A stretch of DNA of 64,000 nucleotides. Source: Nemertoderma westbladi. Its lineage: Eukaryota; Animalia; Xenacoelomorpha. Positions 49,595-61,296 of this stretch are shown piece by piece. Below the pieces are notes generated by a model, which did not search any database, was not told the origin of the DNA, and saw only the letters and a program-made list of their open reading frames with translations. The position numbers and the translations under genes were made by a program. Location of the stretch: positions 62,001 to 126,000 of the forward strand of contig JAUCBJ010009058.1 in the NCBI GenBank assembly GCA_032718475.1. The letters run 5' to 3'. Each line of letters begins with the position of its first letter. The first letter of the stretch is position 1.

Positions 49595-52500
49595 TAGGAG
49601 TAGCGCCCACCCCTACCTTCGGGTAGCAGTTAGGAGTAGTGCCCACTCCTACCTTCGGGTATCAGATAGGAGTAGCGCCCACCCCTACAAGAAATGAAAA
49701 CAAATAAGTTGGTGCCAGTTCCCAAGAAGGGCAACCTAACACTCTATGGTTCTTTTCGGGGAATCTCATTGATCTCGATTGCTGCAAAGCTATACAATAG
49801 GATTCTAATAAATCGCATCAGGGATCCCATTGAGAGACTGCTCCGTGGAAATCAGAATGGGATCCGTAAAGGTCGTGGGACCATGGAGCCCATTTTGGCA
49901 CTTAGAAGGATAATTGAAGAGTTATCAAAAAAGAAAGACAGGCATCTGGCTGTTATCTTTGTTGACTTCTTCAAGGCCTTTCATTCAGTCTCTCGCTCAC
50001 GTATGTTCAGCATACTTTCATTATATGGGATTCCTGATGAAATTATTGCAGCAATCAGATCAGTATACGATGGTTCGACAACATTTGTGTCTACTGTTGA
50101 CGGTGACACAGAACCATTTGAAGTGTTATGGGGCGTCCTCCAAGGAGACACACTTGCACCATTCTTTTTCATTATTGTGGTTGACTATGTTCTACGCATG
50201 TCCTTAGATCATTATAATGATGATGGGGTGATGATAACTCCACCTACTGGCTCCAGAAGTCGAGGAAATCCTGCCAAGTACCTAACTGATCTAGACTTTG
50301 CTGATGACTTAGGAGTACTCTCAGAATCATTAGAGGGAGCCCAACGGCTCCTCAGCTCATTAGAACATGCTGCGTCTAGTGTTGGTCTTTTTATTAACTC
50401 CAGAAAGACCAAAATTCTGACAGTTAACTTTGAAAGTCCTCAGCAAGTCTCTGATCGGATGAGCATAAGCTCAAAGGATGGTATGCTTGAGCATGTGGAC
50501 GACTTCTGTTACCTGGGATCATGGATCCGGAAGTCAGGTGAGGACCTTCGAATACGTAAGGGAAAGGCATCGGCAGCCTTGAATAGGCTTTCCAGGATTT
50601 GGAAGTCACCGAGAATTAATCGGAAACTTAAGGTCCGATTATTTAGAGCAGCAGTAGTTCCAGTACTCCTCTACGGGAGTCCATGCTGGGCTATAACTGC
50701 CGAGGACACCAAATCTCTGGATGGCACATTCACAAGAATGCTACGCCGGGTTCATTGTGTCAAGTAGAATGCACACATCTCCAACCAGACACTATATAAC
50801 ATTGGAGGTGTCTCATTGGTTCCCCCAAGCTTGACACTAGAACAAAATCACCTCCGCTTTGCAGGACATTGCTTTCGTCGTGAGGACCAGCTAGTGCATA
50901 ATCTTGTACTTTGGCAGCCTCATGGAGTGAATAAGCATGGTGGACAGCCCATGACTTACTTGAGAAGCATCTTAAAGGACACTGGCCTTGAAGATTCGGA
51001 TGATCTAGCAAATGTCATGGGTGATAGGGAGTTGTGGCGGTGCAATTTTGTTGACAAGCCGGCACAGCATTCTTAAAAATGCAGCTGCAATGCAGCATGC
51101 CGATCCTAGTAGCGTCCACCCCTACCTTCGGGTAGCAGATAGGAGTAGCGCCCACCCCTACCTTCGGGTAGCAGATAGGAGTAGCGCCTACCCCTACCCT
51201 CGGGTATCAGATAGGAGTAGCACCCACCCCTACCTCCGGGTAGCAGATAGGAGTAGCGCCCACCCCTACCTTCGGGTAACAGATAGGAGTAGTGCCCACT
51301 CCTACCTTTGGGTAGCAGATAGGAGTAGCACCCACCCCTACCTTCGGGTGGCAGATAGGAGTAGCGCCCACCCCTACCTTCGGGTAGCAGGTAGGAGTAG
51401 CGCCCACCCCTACCTTCGGGTAGCAGATAGGAGTAGCGCCCACACCTACCTTCGGGTAGCAGGTAGGAGTAGCGCCCACCCCTACCTTTGGGTAGCAGAT
51501 AGGAGTAGCGCCCACACCTACCTTCGGGTAGCAGGTAGGAGTAGCGCCCACCCCTACCTTCGGGTAGCAGATAGGAGTAGCGCCCACCCCTACCTTCGGG
51601 TAGCAGTTAAGAGTAGCGCCCACCCCTACCTTCGGGTAGCAGATAGGAGTAGCGCCCACCCCTATCATCGGGTAGCAGATAGAAGTAGCGCCAACACCTA
51701 CCTTCGGGTAGCAGATAGGAGTAGCGCCAACCCCTACCTTCGGGTAGCAGATAGGAGTAGCACCCACCCCTACCTTCGGGTAGCAGATAGGAGTAGCGCC
51801 AACCCCTACCTTCGGGTAGCAGATAGGAGTAGCGCCAACCCCTACCTTCGGGTAGCAATTAAGAGTAGCGCCCACCCCTACCTTCAGGTAGCAGATAGGA
51901 GTAGCGCCCACCCCTACCATCGGGTAGCAGATAGAAGTAGCGCCCACACCTACCTTCGGGTAGCGGATAGGAGTAGCGCCAACCCCTACCTTCGGGTAGC
52001 AGATAGGAGTAGCGCCAACCCCTACCTTCGGGTAGCAGATAGGAGTAGCGCCAATCCCTACCTTCGGGTAGCAGATAGGAGTAGCACCCCCACCTACCTT
52101 CTGGTAGCAGATAGGAGTAGCGCCCACCCCTACCCTCGGGTAGCAGATAGGAGTAGCGCCCACACCTACCTTCGGGTAGCAGATAGGAGTAGCGCCCACC
52201 CCTACCTTCGGGTAGCAGATAGGAGTAGCGCCCACACCTACCATCGGGTAGCAGATAGGAGTAGCGCCAACCCCTACCTTCGGGTAGCAGAAACGAGTAC
52301 CACCCACCCCTACCTTCGGGTAGCAGATAGGAGTAGCGCCAACCCCTACCTTCGGGTAGCAGATAGGAGTAGCGCCAACCCCTACCTTCGGGTAGCAGTT
52401 AAGAGTAGCGCCCACCCCTACCTTCGGGTAGCAGATAGGAGTAGCGCCCACACCTACCCTCGGGTAGCAGATAGAAGTAGCGCCCACACCTACCTTCGGG

Positions 52501-53718
52501 TAGCAGATAGGAGTAGCGCCAACCCCTACCTTCGGGTAGCAGATAGGAGTAGCGCCAACCCGTACCTTCGGGTAGCAGATAGGAGTAGCGCCAATCCCTA
52601 CCTTCGGGTAGCAGATAGGAGTAGCACCCACCCGCCACCCCTACCTTCGGGTAGCAGATATGAGTAGCGCCAACCCCTACCTTCGGGTAGCAGATAGGAG
52701 TAGCGCCCAACCCTACCCTCGGGTAGCAGATAGGAGTAGCGCCCACACCTACCTTCGGGTAGCAGATAGGAGTAGCGCCCACCCCTACCTTCGGGTAGCA
52801 GATAGGAGTAGCACCCACTCCCATCCCTATCCTCGGGTAGCAGATAGGAGTAGCGCCCACACCTACCTTCGGGTAGCAGATAGGAGTAGCGCCCAACCCT
52901 ACCCTCAGGTAGCAGATAGGAGTAGCGCCTACACCTACCTTCGGGTAGCAGATAGGAGTAGCGCCCACCCCTACCCTCGGGTAGCAGATAGGAGTAGCGC
53001 CCACACCTACCTTCGGATAGCAGATAGGAGTAGCGCCCACACCTATCTTCGGGTAGCAGATAGGAGTAGCGCCCAACCCTACCCTCGGGTAGCAGATAGG
53101 AGTAGCGCCCAACCCTACCCTAGGGTAGCAGATAGGAGTAGCGCCCACACCTACCTTCGGGTAGCAGATAGGAGTAGCGCCCACCCCTACCCTCGGGTAG
53201 CAGATAGGAGTAGCGCCCACACCTACCTTCGGATAGCAGATAGGAGTAGCGCCCACACCTACCCTCGGGTAGCAGATAGGAGTAGCGCCTACACCTACCT
53301 TCGGGTAGCAGATAGGAGTAGCGCCCACACCTACCCTCGGGTAGCAGATAGGAGTAGCGCCCAACCCTACCCTCGGGTAGCAGATAGGAGTAGCGCCCAA
53401 CCCTACCCTAGGGTAGCAGATAGGAGTAGCGCCCACACCTACCTTCGGGTAGCAGATAGGAGTAGCGCCGACCCGTACACTCGGGTAGCAGATAGGAGTA
53501 GCGCCCACACCTACCCTCGGGTAGCAGATAGGAGTAGCGCCTACACCTACCTTCGGGTAGCAGATAGGAGTAGCGCCCACACCGACCCTCGGGTAGCAGA
53601 TAGGAGTAGCGCCCACCACTACCCTCGGGTAGCAGATATGAGTAGCGCCCACACCTACCTTCGGGTAGCAGATAGGAGTAGCGCCGACCCCTACCCTCGG
53701 ATAGCAGATCGGAGTAGG
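49595..53718. repeat. 36-bp GC-rich minisatellite (CCCACCCCTACCTTCGGGTAGCAGATAGGAGTAGCG)n, split by the RTE insertion (49595-49688 and 51108-53718)
   Basis: About 75 copies; the ORFs at 51012-53757 are its translations. Confidence 0.96.
49690..51112 (+). mobile_element. 5'-truncated RTE-like non-LTR retrotransposon (RT domain and 3' end)
   Basis: ORF 49694..50767 has PVPKKG, RGISL, QGDTLAP, FADD, YLGS and LLYGS motifs; the frameshifted C terminus LRFAGHC follows; inserted in the 36-bp satellite. Confidence 0.93.
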
Positions 53719-54604
53719 TAAGGTTGTTTCAACATTCACTATATTCCAATACTTCACAATGAATGATACGAATTCTGCAGTAACTTTGAAGTCAAATACA
53801 TTACATTTTTGTTGGCAAAGCTAAATAAAATTTTAAAAAATACTAGCTAGTACAAAAATACTAGCTACCATGTCTCCAAAACGTAACTGTTTGATGTAAA
53901 ACATCTCGTAGGAAAGAAAAAAATTATATTTAGAATTTTGAAAAATAGCTATTTTTTATAGAAATGTTCTAGAACAAAAAATATTAGTTCTAGAACAATG
54001 TTTTTTTTAGTTAAATGGCTGTCATATTCTAGAACATTTAATGCAAGTAGCAAAAACTAGCTAGTATAAAAAATTTGGCATGGTAGGTATAGGTACGTTT
54101 ATCGAAACATTACCCACTGTAACTGTACAGTATATCGTAAATACTGAACTCAACTATAAATGTCATATCGCATACACACACACACTCACATTATTATGTA
54201 GCTGCACTATGTGAGGAAATACAATAAATAGCTAATTATTATTGAATTCGGATATTACGGTTTCTTTTTTTGTCTACTAATTTACTTCAGCAATACATGT
54301 CATGTTGTCAATAATACTCATCAATTTTATATGGAATGTATAATTATAGATCAAACAATAATAATTGATTTAAGCAAACGTCTTATTATGCAGGCCTACA
54401 AAAAGATAAATATTAATTATGACCTAATCACTAAAAACGTGGATATCATGTTCATAATTATTACTATTGGCAGTAATTAACAAGTAGGCTTCAACTGGCA
54501 TTTTTATTTTGCCTATAGCTACCTAGTTTTCAGTCCTGGTATAAATAACATTCTAGAAGTCCATGACCTATGTCATTTATAGTTAAACACGAAATAATGC
54601 TCAC

Positions 54605-54777
54605 CATTAGGGTATCAAATAGAGTTAAATTGGCGAAGAATATATCCTCTTGAAGGACGTAGCATATTTTTCGTCTCATTCTTTTGGTTAAAGGAACCCC
54701 ATTAATGTGAAAGTAACCCGAATCTATTTCGGTGTTTCGACCTCCAAGTATGTTGAGTAGAGTCGTCTTACCGGCAC
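54605..54777 (-). CDS. Host ABCG transporter exon (GAGKTTLLNILGGR...KICYVLQEDIFFANLTLFDTLM): Walker A second half and Q-loop
   Basis: Acceptor ttctag| and donor |gtgagc; 173 nt, phase 1/0. Confidence 0.94.
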
Positions 54778-54984
54778 CTAGAATTTATAGACATATAATA
54801 TACTAATTTGCCAAAAAACGAAAGCAGATAGAGGGGGAGGGGTGTGGAGGAGGCTAAGCTTTCACAATTAATGTTTACTGTTTTGGTTAGAATAATGTGC
54901 CACTATATCCTGTTCCTTTCCCATTGAGTAATCAGTAACTCAAACAACGATGATAGACTCAACGATGATAATTAAAAGTATTCT

Positions 54985-56465
54985 TAGGTCATTGGTGGTG
55001 CAATATAGATAGGCTTCGGCTAATTATGTCCAGCTGATAACGGTGTCGGAATTAGCGCGGTCGATACCGAAACGCAACCATGTTTATTACAAATTAATTA
55101 TTTATTACATGGGAAAAAAAGTAGAACTTTTCTTTCATTATCTCGAGAAATTTTATTTACCGAGTGTCAGCGAGGTTAATAAAGGGTCGAGAGAATATTG
55201 AAAAAAAAAATGTTCTACGTTTTTTTTCCCATGTAATACGTAACTTAATTCTTAAATTGGTACTTTTTTGTTGCTAAATACTTTAATAAAACATATAGCG
55301 ATATACTGCAACAGTACAGTTGTGTTACAAAATAAATCGAACTGCAGTATTTTACTATATTGCTTCGATAGTTACTGCTATTCAAATTATTGTACTCCTC
55401 AACTCTCGATGTTGCCTTACTCAATGTTAAAATAATTTAGTGTTCTCGAATATTTATTACGTAACTAGAGAGCCGCTTAACAACATAAACCAATATTGGA
55501 TATTGAGTTCCGTTTTGGTGTTCGCCGCGCAGACACTAAAGTTGCAATAACTTTTGAGTAAGTGAATGGATTTTGCTCAAATTACTTTCAAACCTTTTCT
55601 ACGGCGATGCTCTTTCACCACATGAAATAAATTCCACCAAAAATATTTTACTTTACTTTTTCGCCAGGAAAAAAGGTAAAATCAATGCATTCATAATTTT
55701 TTCCCTAGGGAAAAAAAGTGAAACTTTTTCTCCCGATTTTGGGGTATATTCGAGCGAAAAAGTGACATTTGCACCAGTCATATTGCAGTGATTCTTCCAC
55801 CTTATAGTAATTTGTTGGTAGCAATGGAAAGCTGGCCGTGCAAAGATTCCAAATATGTGAAAATATTTGAATTTGGTTTGGAAATAGCTGAGTTATGGGC
55901 ATTCGAATGTTGCATGTAATTGCTTCCGGTGCAGGCCATTTATTCTATTTAATAAATACACAATTTTCTGGAACATTTTGTTTATCTCATAGTAGCTTGG
56001 CAACAATGCAATGCCTATAATAATAATATTGGTTTTAAAGTAAACACTACAGTCTTACACCCCTTAAACTACAAAAAAAAAATATAGAATCAGGACATTA
56101 AGCCCAAAATACTTCTCAGCCCCTAGGGCCTTCAAAGGACACAAACAAAACAAACAACAAACACAAACAAAATATATAATAACATGCTCCACATACAGGT
56201 ATGTATCGCAAACCTAACCCTAAAACCTACCCGCCATACACTAAATGATACCGGTAATAAACCGCACAAAAACTAAGCCTATATTGTATAAGAAAATATA
56301 TGACATTTTTGTCGCCGTGAAAGAGGAGGACTAAGACAAAAATAATTAATTTGTGAAAAATATGGTTGCGTTTCGGCGTCTAGGACCAGTACGCGCTAAT
56401 CCTAGACGCCTCGTCAGCTGGAAAGGGATTTAGCCAAGCCTATCTATACTGCACCAATGACCTAA
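54985..56465. mobile_element. Degenerate TIR element (about 100-bp diverged inverted ends) containing an internal palindromic MITE at about 55105-55236
   Basis: TTAGGTCATTGGTG...CCGAAACGCAACCAT is mirrored by ATGGTTGCGTTTCGG...CACCAATGACCTAA. Confidence 0.6.
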
Positions 56466-56549
56466 ATACTTTGTTGTACTTTCCTTTGAGTGATTAGTTG
56501 GCCTAAATATGATATCCCACTCCATAGTGAAATCTTCATCCGATCTGGT

Positions 56550-56632
56550 AGCTCAGTACACACACCCGGCTGATGATAACCGTAAGTTTGAAACCTAGGT
56601 ACCGGGTTCGAGCCCCAACAGGGTCGGTTGAT
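56550..56632 (+). mobile_element. Possible tRNA-derived SINE head remnant
   Basis: A-box-like TAGCTCAGT and B-box-like GGTTCGAGCCC; no complete cloverleaf. Confidence 0.4.
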
Positions 56633-56886
56633 ATTTTTCGCTATTGAGAGCATTATCATATTGTCCTATCTACATTATATAAATGACCTAAATTAATCGC
56701 ACCATCAACTCAGTTACCACTACGCCCATACAGACTTCAGACCTGAGAACATTGGAACCCTCCATATAGACCTACGGTAAGTAAACATGTTACCAATGGA
56801 AAAACTGGTAGATTGCTAGAGCAAACACACAGTACAAAAATTATAAGATTTGACAACATGCAGTGATGTCGGAGTTCTGCTCTATA

Positions 56887-57608
56887 ATTCATATGTGATA
56901 ATTGAATGTACCGACATACTGACTAACAGGGGGTTGTTATGTATATATTAACTTTAAAGTAAACACTAGAGTCTTACACCCCTTAAACTACAAAAAAAAA
57001 TATAGAATCAGGACATTAAGCCCAAAATACTTCTCAGCCCCTAGGGCCTTCAAAGGACACAAACAAAACAAACAACAAATACAAACAAAATATATAATAA
57101 CATGCTCCACATACAGGTATGTATCGCAAACCTAACCCTAAAACCTACCCGCCATACACTAAATGATACCGGTATTAAACTGCACAAAAGCTAAGCCTAT
57201 ATTGTATAAGAAAATATATGACATTTTTGTGTTTTTTCACAAATTAATTATTTTTGTCCTAGTCCTACCTCTTTCACAGCGACAAAAATGTCATAGATTT
57301 TCTTATAGAATATAGGCTTAGCTTTTGTGCAGTTAAATACCGGTATCATTTAGTGTATGGCGGTTAGGTTTTAGGGTTAGGGTGCGATACATACCTGTAT
57401 GTGGAGAATGTTATTATATATTTTGTTTGTGTTTGTTGTTTGTTTTGTTTGTGTCCTTTGAAGGTATTTTGGGCTTAATGTCCTGATTCTATATTTTTTT
57501 TTTGTAGTTTAAGGGGTGTAAGACTCTAGTGTTTACTTTAAAGTTAATATATACATAACAACCCCCTGTTAGTCAGTATGTCGGTACATTCAATTATCAC
57601 ATATGAAT
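56887..57608. repeat. Foldback (palindromic) duplication with arms of about 330-345 bp; a third copy lies at about 56033-56360
   Basis: 56887-57230 is the near-perfect reverse complement of about 57281-57608. Confidence 0.9.
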
Positions 57609-58104
57609 AATATTAGTAGTAGTCTGTAGTAGTATGCTAATAATATTAAAACTGATAGAGCAATGTAATTAAGTTATAATTGACTCCAGATACGCTTTCA
57701 CTTTGTCCAACTTTGCCGTGAAGCTGACCATCTCCGATCCATAAATTGATTTGATTAATTCCAAATGACCCAGCTCGATTGAATCCATATCGTTGGTACC
57801 AATTTCAGACAGGTGAGTACTCTTTTGATATTCACATTGTAATAGTGACGAGAGCTGTGGGAGTGCATTTTTTTTTCGCGCATTTCCTAATAGTTGAACA
57901 AAGACCCAAATAGTGTTGCTGGTTGTTTAGGGTGCCTGTTGTCCTTGTTATTGATTGCAATAGTGTGTTAGGGGCTCTGATCAATCGCTGGACAGTTAGA
58001 ATAGCTGATTGGTATATTTCTCGAATTAATTGAATGATTCCAAATAACCCATATAAAATGTTCGACGAAATGAATGTTCCATTAATATGGAGAAGTTTTC
58101 GTGT

Positions 58105-59378
58105 GTGTGGTTCTGTGATAAACTGGCAGTTATTATTGAAATCTGTGGTTCTGTGATAAACTGGCAGTCATTATTGTAAATCTGTGGTTCTGTGATAAAC
58201 TGGCAGTTATTATTGCAAATCTGTGGTTCTGTGATAAACTGGCAGTCATTATTGTAAATCTGTGGTTTTGTGATAAACGGCAGTTATTATTGTAAATCTG
58301 TGGTTCTGTGATAAACTGGCAGTCATTATTGTAAATCTGTGTTTCTGTGATAAACGGCAGTTATTATTGTAAATCTGTGGTGCTGTGATAAACTGGCAGT
58401 TATTATTGTAAATCTGTGGTTCTGTGATAAACTGGCAGTTATTATTGCAAATCTGCGGTTCTATATCTGTGGAAAATTGATAAACTGGCAGTCATTATTG
58501 TAAATCTGTGGTTCTGTGATAAACTGCCAGTCATTATTGTAAATCTGTGGTTCTGTGATAAACTGGCAGTCATTATTGTAAATATGTGGTTCTGTGATAA
58601 ACTGGCAGTTATTATTGTAAATCTGTGGTTCTGTGATAAACTGGCAGTCATTATTGTAAATCTGTGGTTCTGTGATAAACTGGCAGTCATTATTGTAAAT
58701 CTGTGGTTCTGTGATAAACTGGCAGTTATTATTGTAAATCTGCGGTTTTATATCTGTGGTAAAATTGATAAACTGCCAGTCATTATTGTAAATCTGTGGT
58801 TCTGTGATAAACTGCCAGTCCTTATTGTAAATCTGTGGTCCTGTGATAAACTGGCAGTCATTATTGTAAATATATGGTTCTGTGATAAACTGGCAGTTAT
58901 TATTGTAAATCTGTGGTTCTGTGATAAACTGGCAGTTATTATTGTAAATCTGTGGTTCTATGATAAACTGGCAGTTATTATTGTAAAACTGTGGTTCTGT
59001 GATAAACTGGCAGTTATTATTGTAAATCTGTGTTTCTGTGATAAACTGGCAGTCATTATTGTAAATCTGTAGTTCTGTGATAAACTGGCAGTTAATATTG
59101 TAAATCTGTGTTTATGTGATAAACTGGCAGTTATTATTGTAAATCTGTGCTTCTGTGATAAACTGGCAGTTATTATTGTAAATCTGTGCTTCTGTGATAA
59201 ACTGGCAGTTATTATTGTAAATCTGTGCTTCTGTGATAAACTGGCAGTTATTATTGTAAATCTGTGGTTCTGTGATAAACTGGCAGTTATTATTGTAAAT
59301 CTGTGGTTCTGTGATAAACTGGCAGTTATTATTGTAAATCTGTGGTTCTATGATGAACTGACAGTTATTATTGTAAAT
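58105..59378. repeat. 39-bp minisatellite (AATCTGTGGTTCTGTGATAAACTGGCAGTTATTATTGTA)n
   Basis: About 32 copies. Confidence 0.96.
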
Positions 59379-59464
59379 TAGTTATATCATATCACGCCTC
59401 TGTAATACAGTAATAACGGCATTACCAGTTGAACTATACAACTTAGGGTTCTTTGTATGTATAG

Positions 59465-59750
59465 TAAAAACCGGCAATTGTGAAAATACAACCGCCATTT
59501 TTATATTTCATAGAAACCGCCGGTTTGAAAACTACATACGTGTTTATTTACAAGAACCAAATTTTGAATATAAGACCACCGTTTTTACATTTCATAAAAA
59601 CCGCCGGTTTGAAAACTACATACGTGTTTATTAACAAGAACCAACAGTTTGAAAATAAGACCACCGTTTTTACATTTCATAAAAACCGCCGGTTTGAAAA
59701 CTATATATGTTTTCATCAATAAGAACTGCCAGTTTGAAAATTTAATAACA
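59465..59750. repeat. About 79-bp tandem repeat, 3-4 diverged copies containing AAAACCGCCGGTTT
   Basis: Repeating AAAACCGCCGGTTTGAAAACTACATACGTG blocks. Confidence 0.8.
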
Positions 59751-60389
59751 ACTTTTTTAAAACAACCGTCACTTTCTATGCATATTTCCGCAATGACTAC
59801 AGGTTTCGTTTCAGGTAATATATATCCAATATATGTTAAACCGCCGGTTTACTATTGTAACCGGAGGTTACTACCAGCTATTTTTGTATGATCCATGCTA
59901 ACCCCCCTATATATATACGATATACCTCACTTCCAACTGGTCCCGCTGTAGAGAGTATAGAACTCGTATGTAAAACGGAAAACTATAGCGAAAATTGGCA
60001 AAGAGAAGTTTTCCAAAGTGTTGATAGTGTTTCGATGGGGATACGCTTGATTGTCCATCCCAGGGAGGAAGCACTCCGCTAATGAATCAACAAGTCTAAG
60101 GCACTCCTGATATATGAACCGGTTATCTCGAGGGATTTTGTACCCGATGAAAGTGAGGTGTGTCGTTGTTTAGGGGATCAGGTGATCACTTATGTGCAAA
60201 AAAAGAAGGGGTGGCTCAGCTGATCCTCTACCACTAAGGAAAATCCAAGCTGTCTTGTTAATATCGATCTGTAAGCCCACCTTCTCTACTCCCACTTTCT
60301 CTACTCCCACCTTCTCTTCTCTACTCTCTTCTCTTAGAATTATCGAGTCTATTTCTAATTCGATGTTAAACTGTGATGTTTGAATTGTA

Positions 60390-61100
60390 TTAGTTCCAGA
60401 ACAGCAGCAAGGGCAGTATCAGTACAATTGAGCAAAATTAGGTGATACAGTATGAAAATAGTTCTGCAGAATAACTGCTTCAAACACTTTGGCAAATATG
60501 TTGATTGAACATACTGGCCGGTATGATCCTGGTCCATAGGGGTCCTTATTTTTACCTTTGAATATTGGAGAAAGGGCAGTATAGCCAAATGTTTCTGTCG
60601 TTTCACCTAGAAATATGGAGCTCTGTAAGATGAGAAACATGCATATAACAGGTAATCCAACATGCAACAAATGCTCCACAGTCAAATGATTTGTGTCTGG
60701 TGACTTTCCTCTATCTAGTGAGCAGATAGCTGTCTGAATCCAACATTCACTGATGATTGGAACTGGTGATGAGCAGATAGCTGTCTGAATCCAACATTCA
60801 CTGATGATTGGAACTGGTGATGAGCAGATAGCTGTCTGAATCCAACATTCACTGATGATTGGAACTGGTGATTTGTTACACATCAAGTTAACTTCCTTAT
60901 CCAATTCCGCAGACTTATCGTCAGTCACATCAGACGTGAAATTTTCTTCGAGAAATGATCTGAGTTTACTGTTAACAGCAGCAGGTATATTACAGTTACG
61001 TTGTCTTCTAGCATTGTCTTCAATTATCAATTTAACATGAATTCCATGGGCAGGCAGAAGCAGCACTCCAATTGGAAACTTGCATACTGTAATTAGTAAA
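60390..61100 (-). mobile_element. Degenerate non-LTR retrotransposon ORF2 fragment (region upstream of the RT), with an internal 57-bp triplication
   Basis: GKSPDTNHLTVEHL and PIFKGKNKD...SYRPVCSINIFAKVFE match LINE pre-RT motifs. Confidence 0.8.
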
Positions 61101-61113
61101 AACTAAAAACCAA

Positions 61114-61224
61114 CTACCGCAAATACCGCAGTAGTAGGCATATTTGCGGTAGCGGTAGAGGTAGCGGTAGTAAAAAGCGCGGTATTTGCGGTAGCGGTAG
61201 CGGTAGTACCGTACGATCCCTGGA
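61114..61224. mobile_element. DNA-transposon/MITE end with (GCGGTA)n repeats ending in GATCCCTG
   Basis: TACCGCAAATA / TATTTGCGGTA inverted motifs and a CAGGGAT-type terminus on the minus strand. Confidence 0.5.
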
Positions 61225-61296
61225 TACGGTATATTTATATGTATATATATAATATACTTCATAATATAAGCCGAGACCTAACCAATACCGGTATAC

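Noticed and set aside
51012-53757. Long repetitive ORFs on both strands (HPYLRVADRSSA / VGATPICYPK)
   Set aside because: Translations of a stop-free 36-bp minisatellite; variation is not codon-constrained.
56550-56632. Functional tRNA gene
   Set aside because: A- and B-box-like motifs are present but no convincing acceptor or anticodon stems.
58442-59891. ORFs in the 39-bp and 79-bp repeats
   Set aside because: Repeat translations with no independent coding evidence.
59920-59950. AGPVGS segment as the missing ABCG Walker A exon
   Set aside because: It does not give GPSG or a matching phase; the 28-bp satellite matches the expected exon end exactly.
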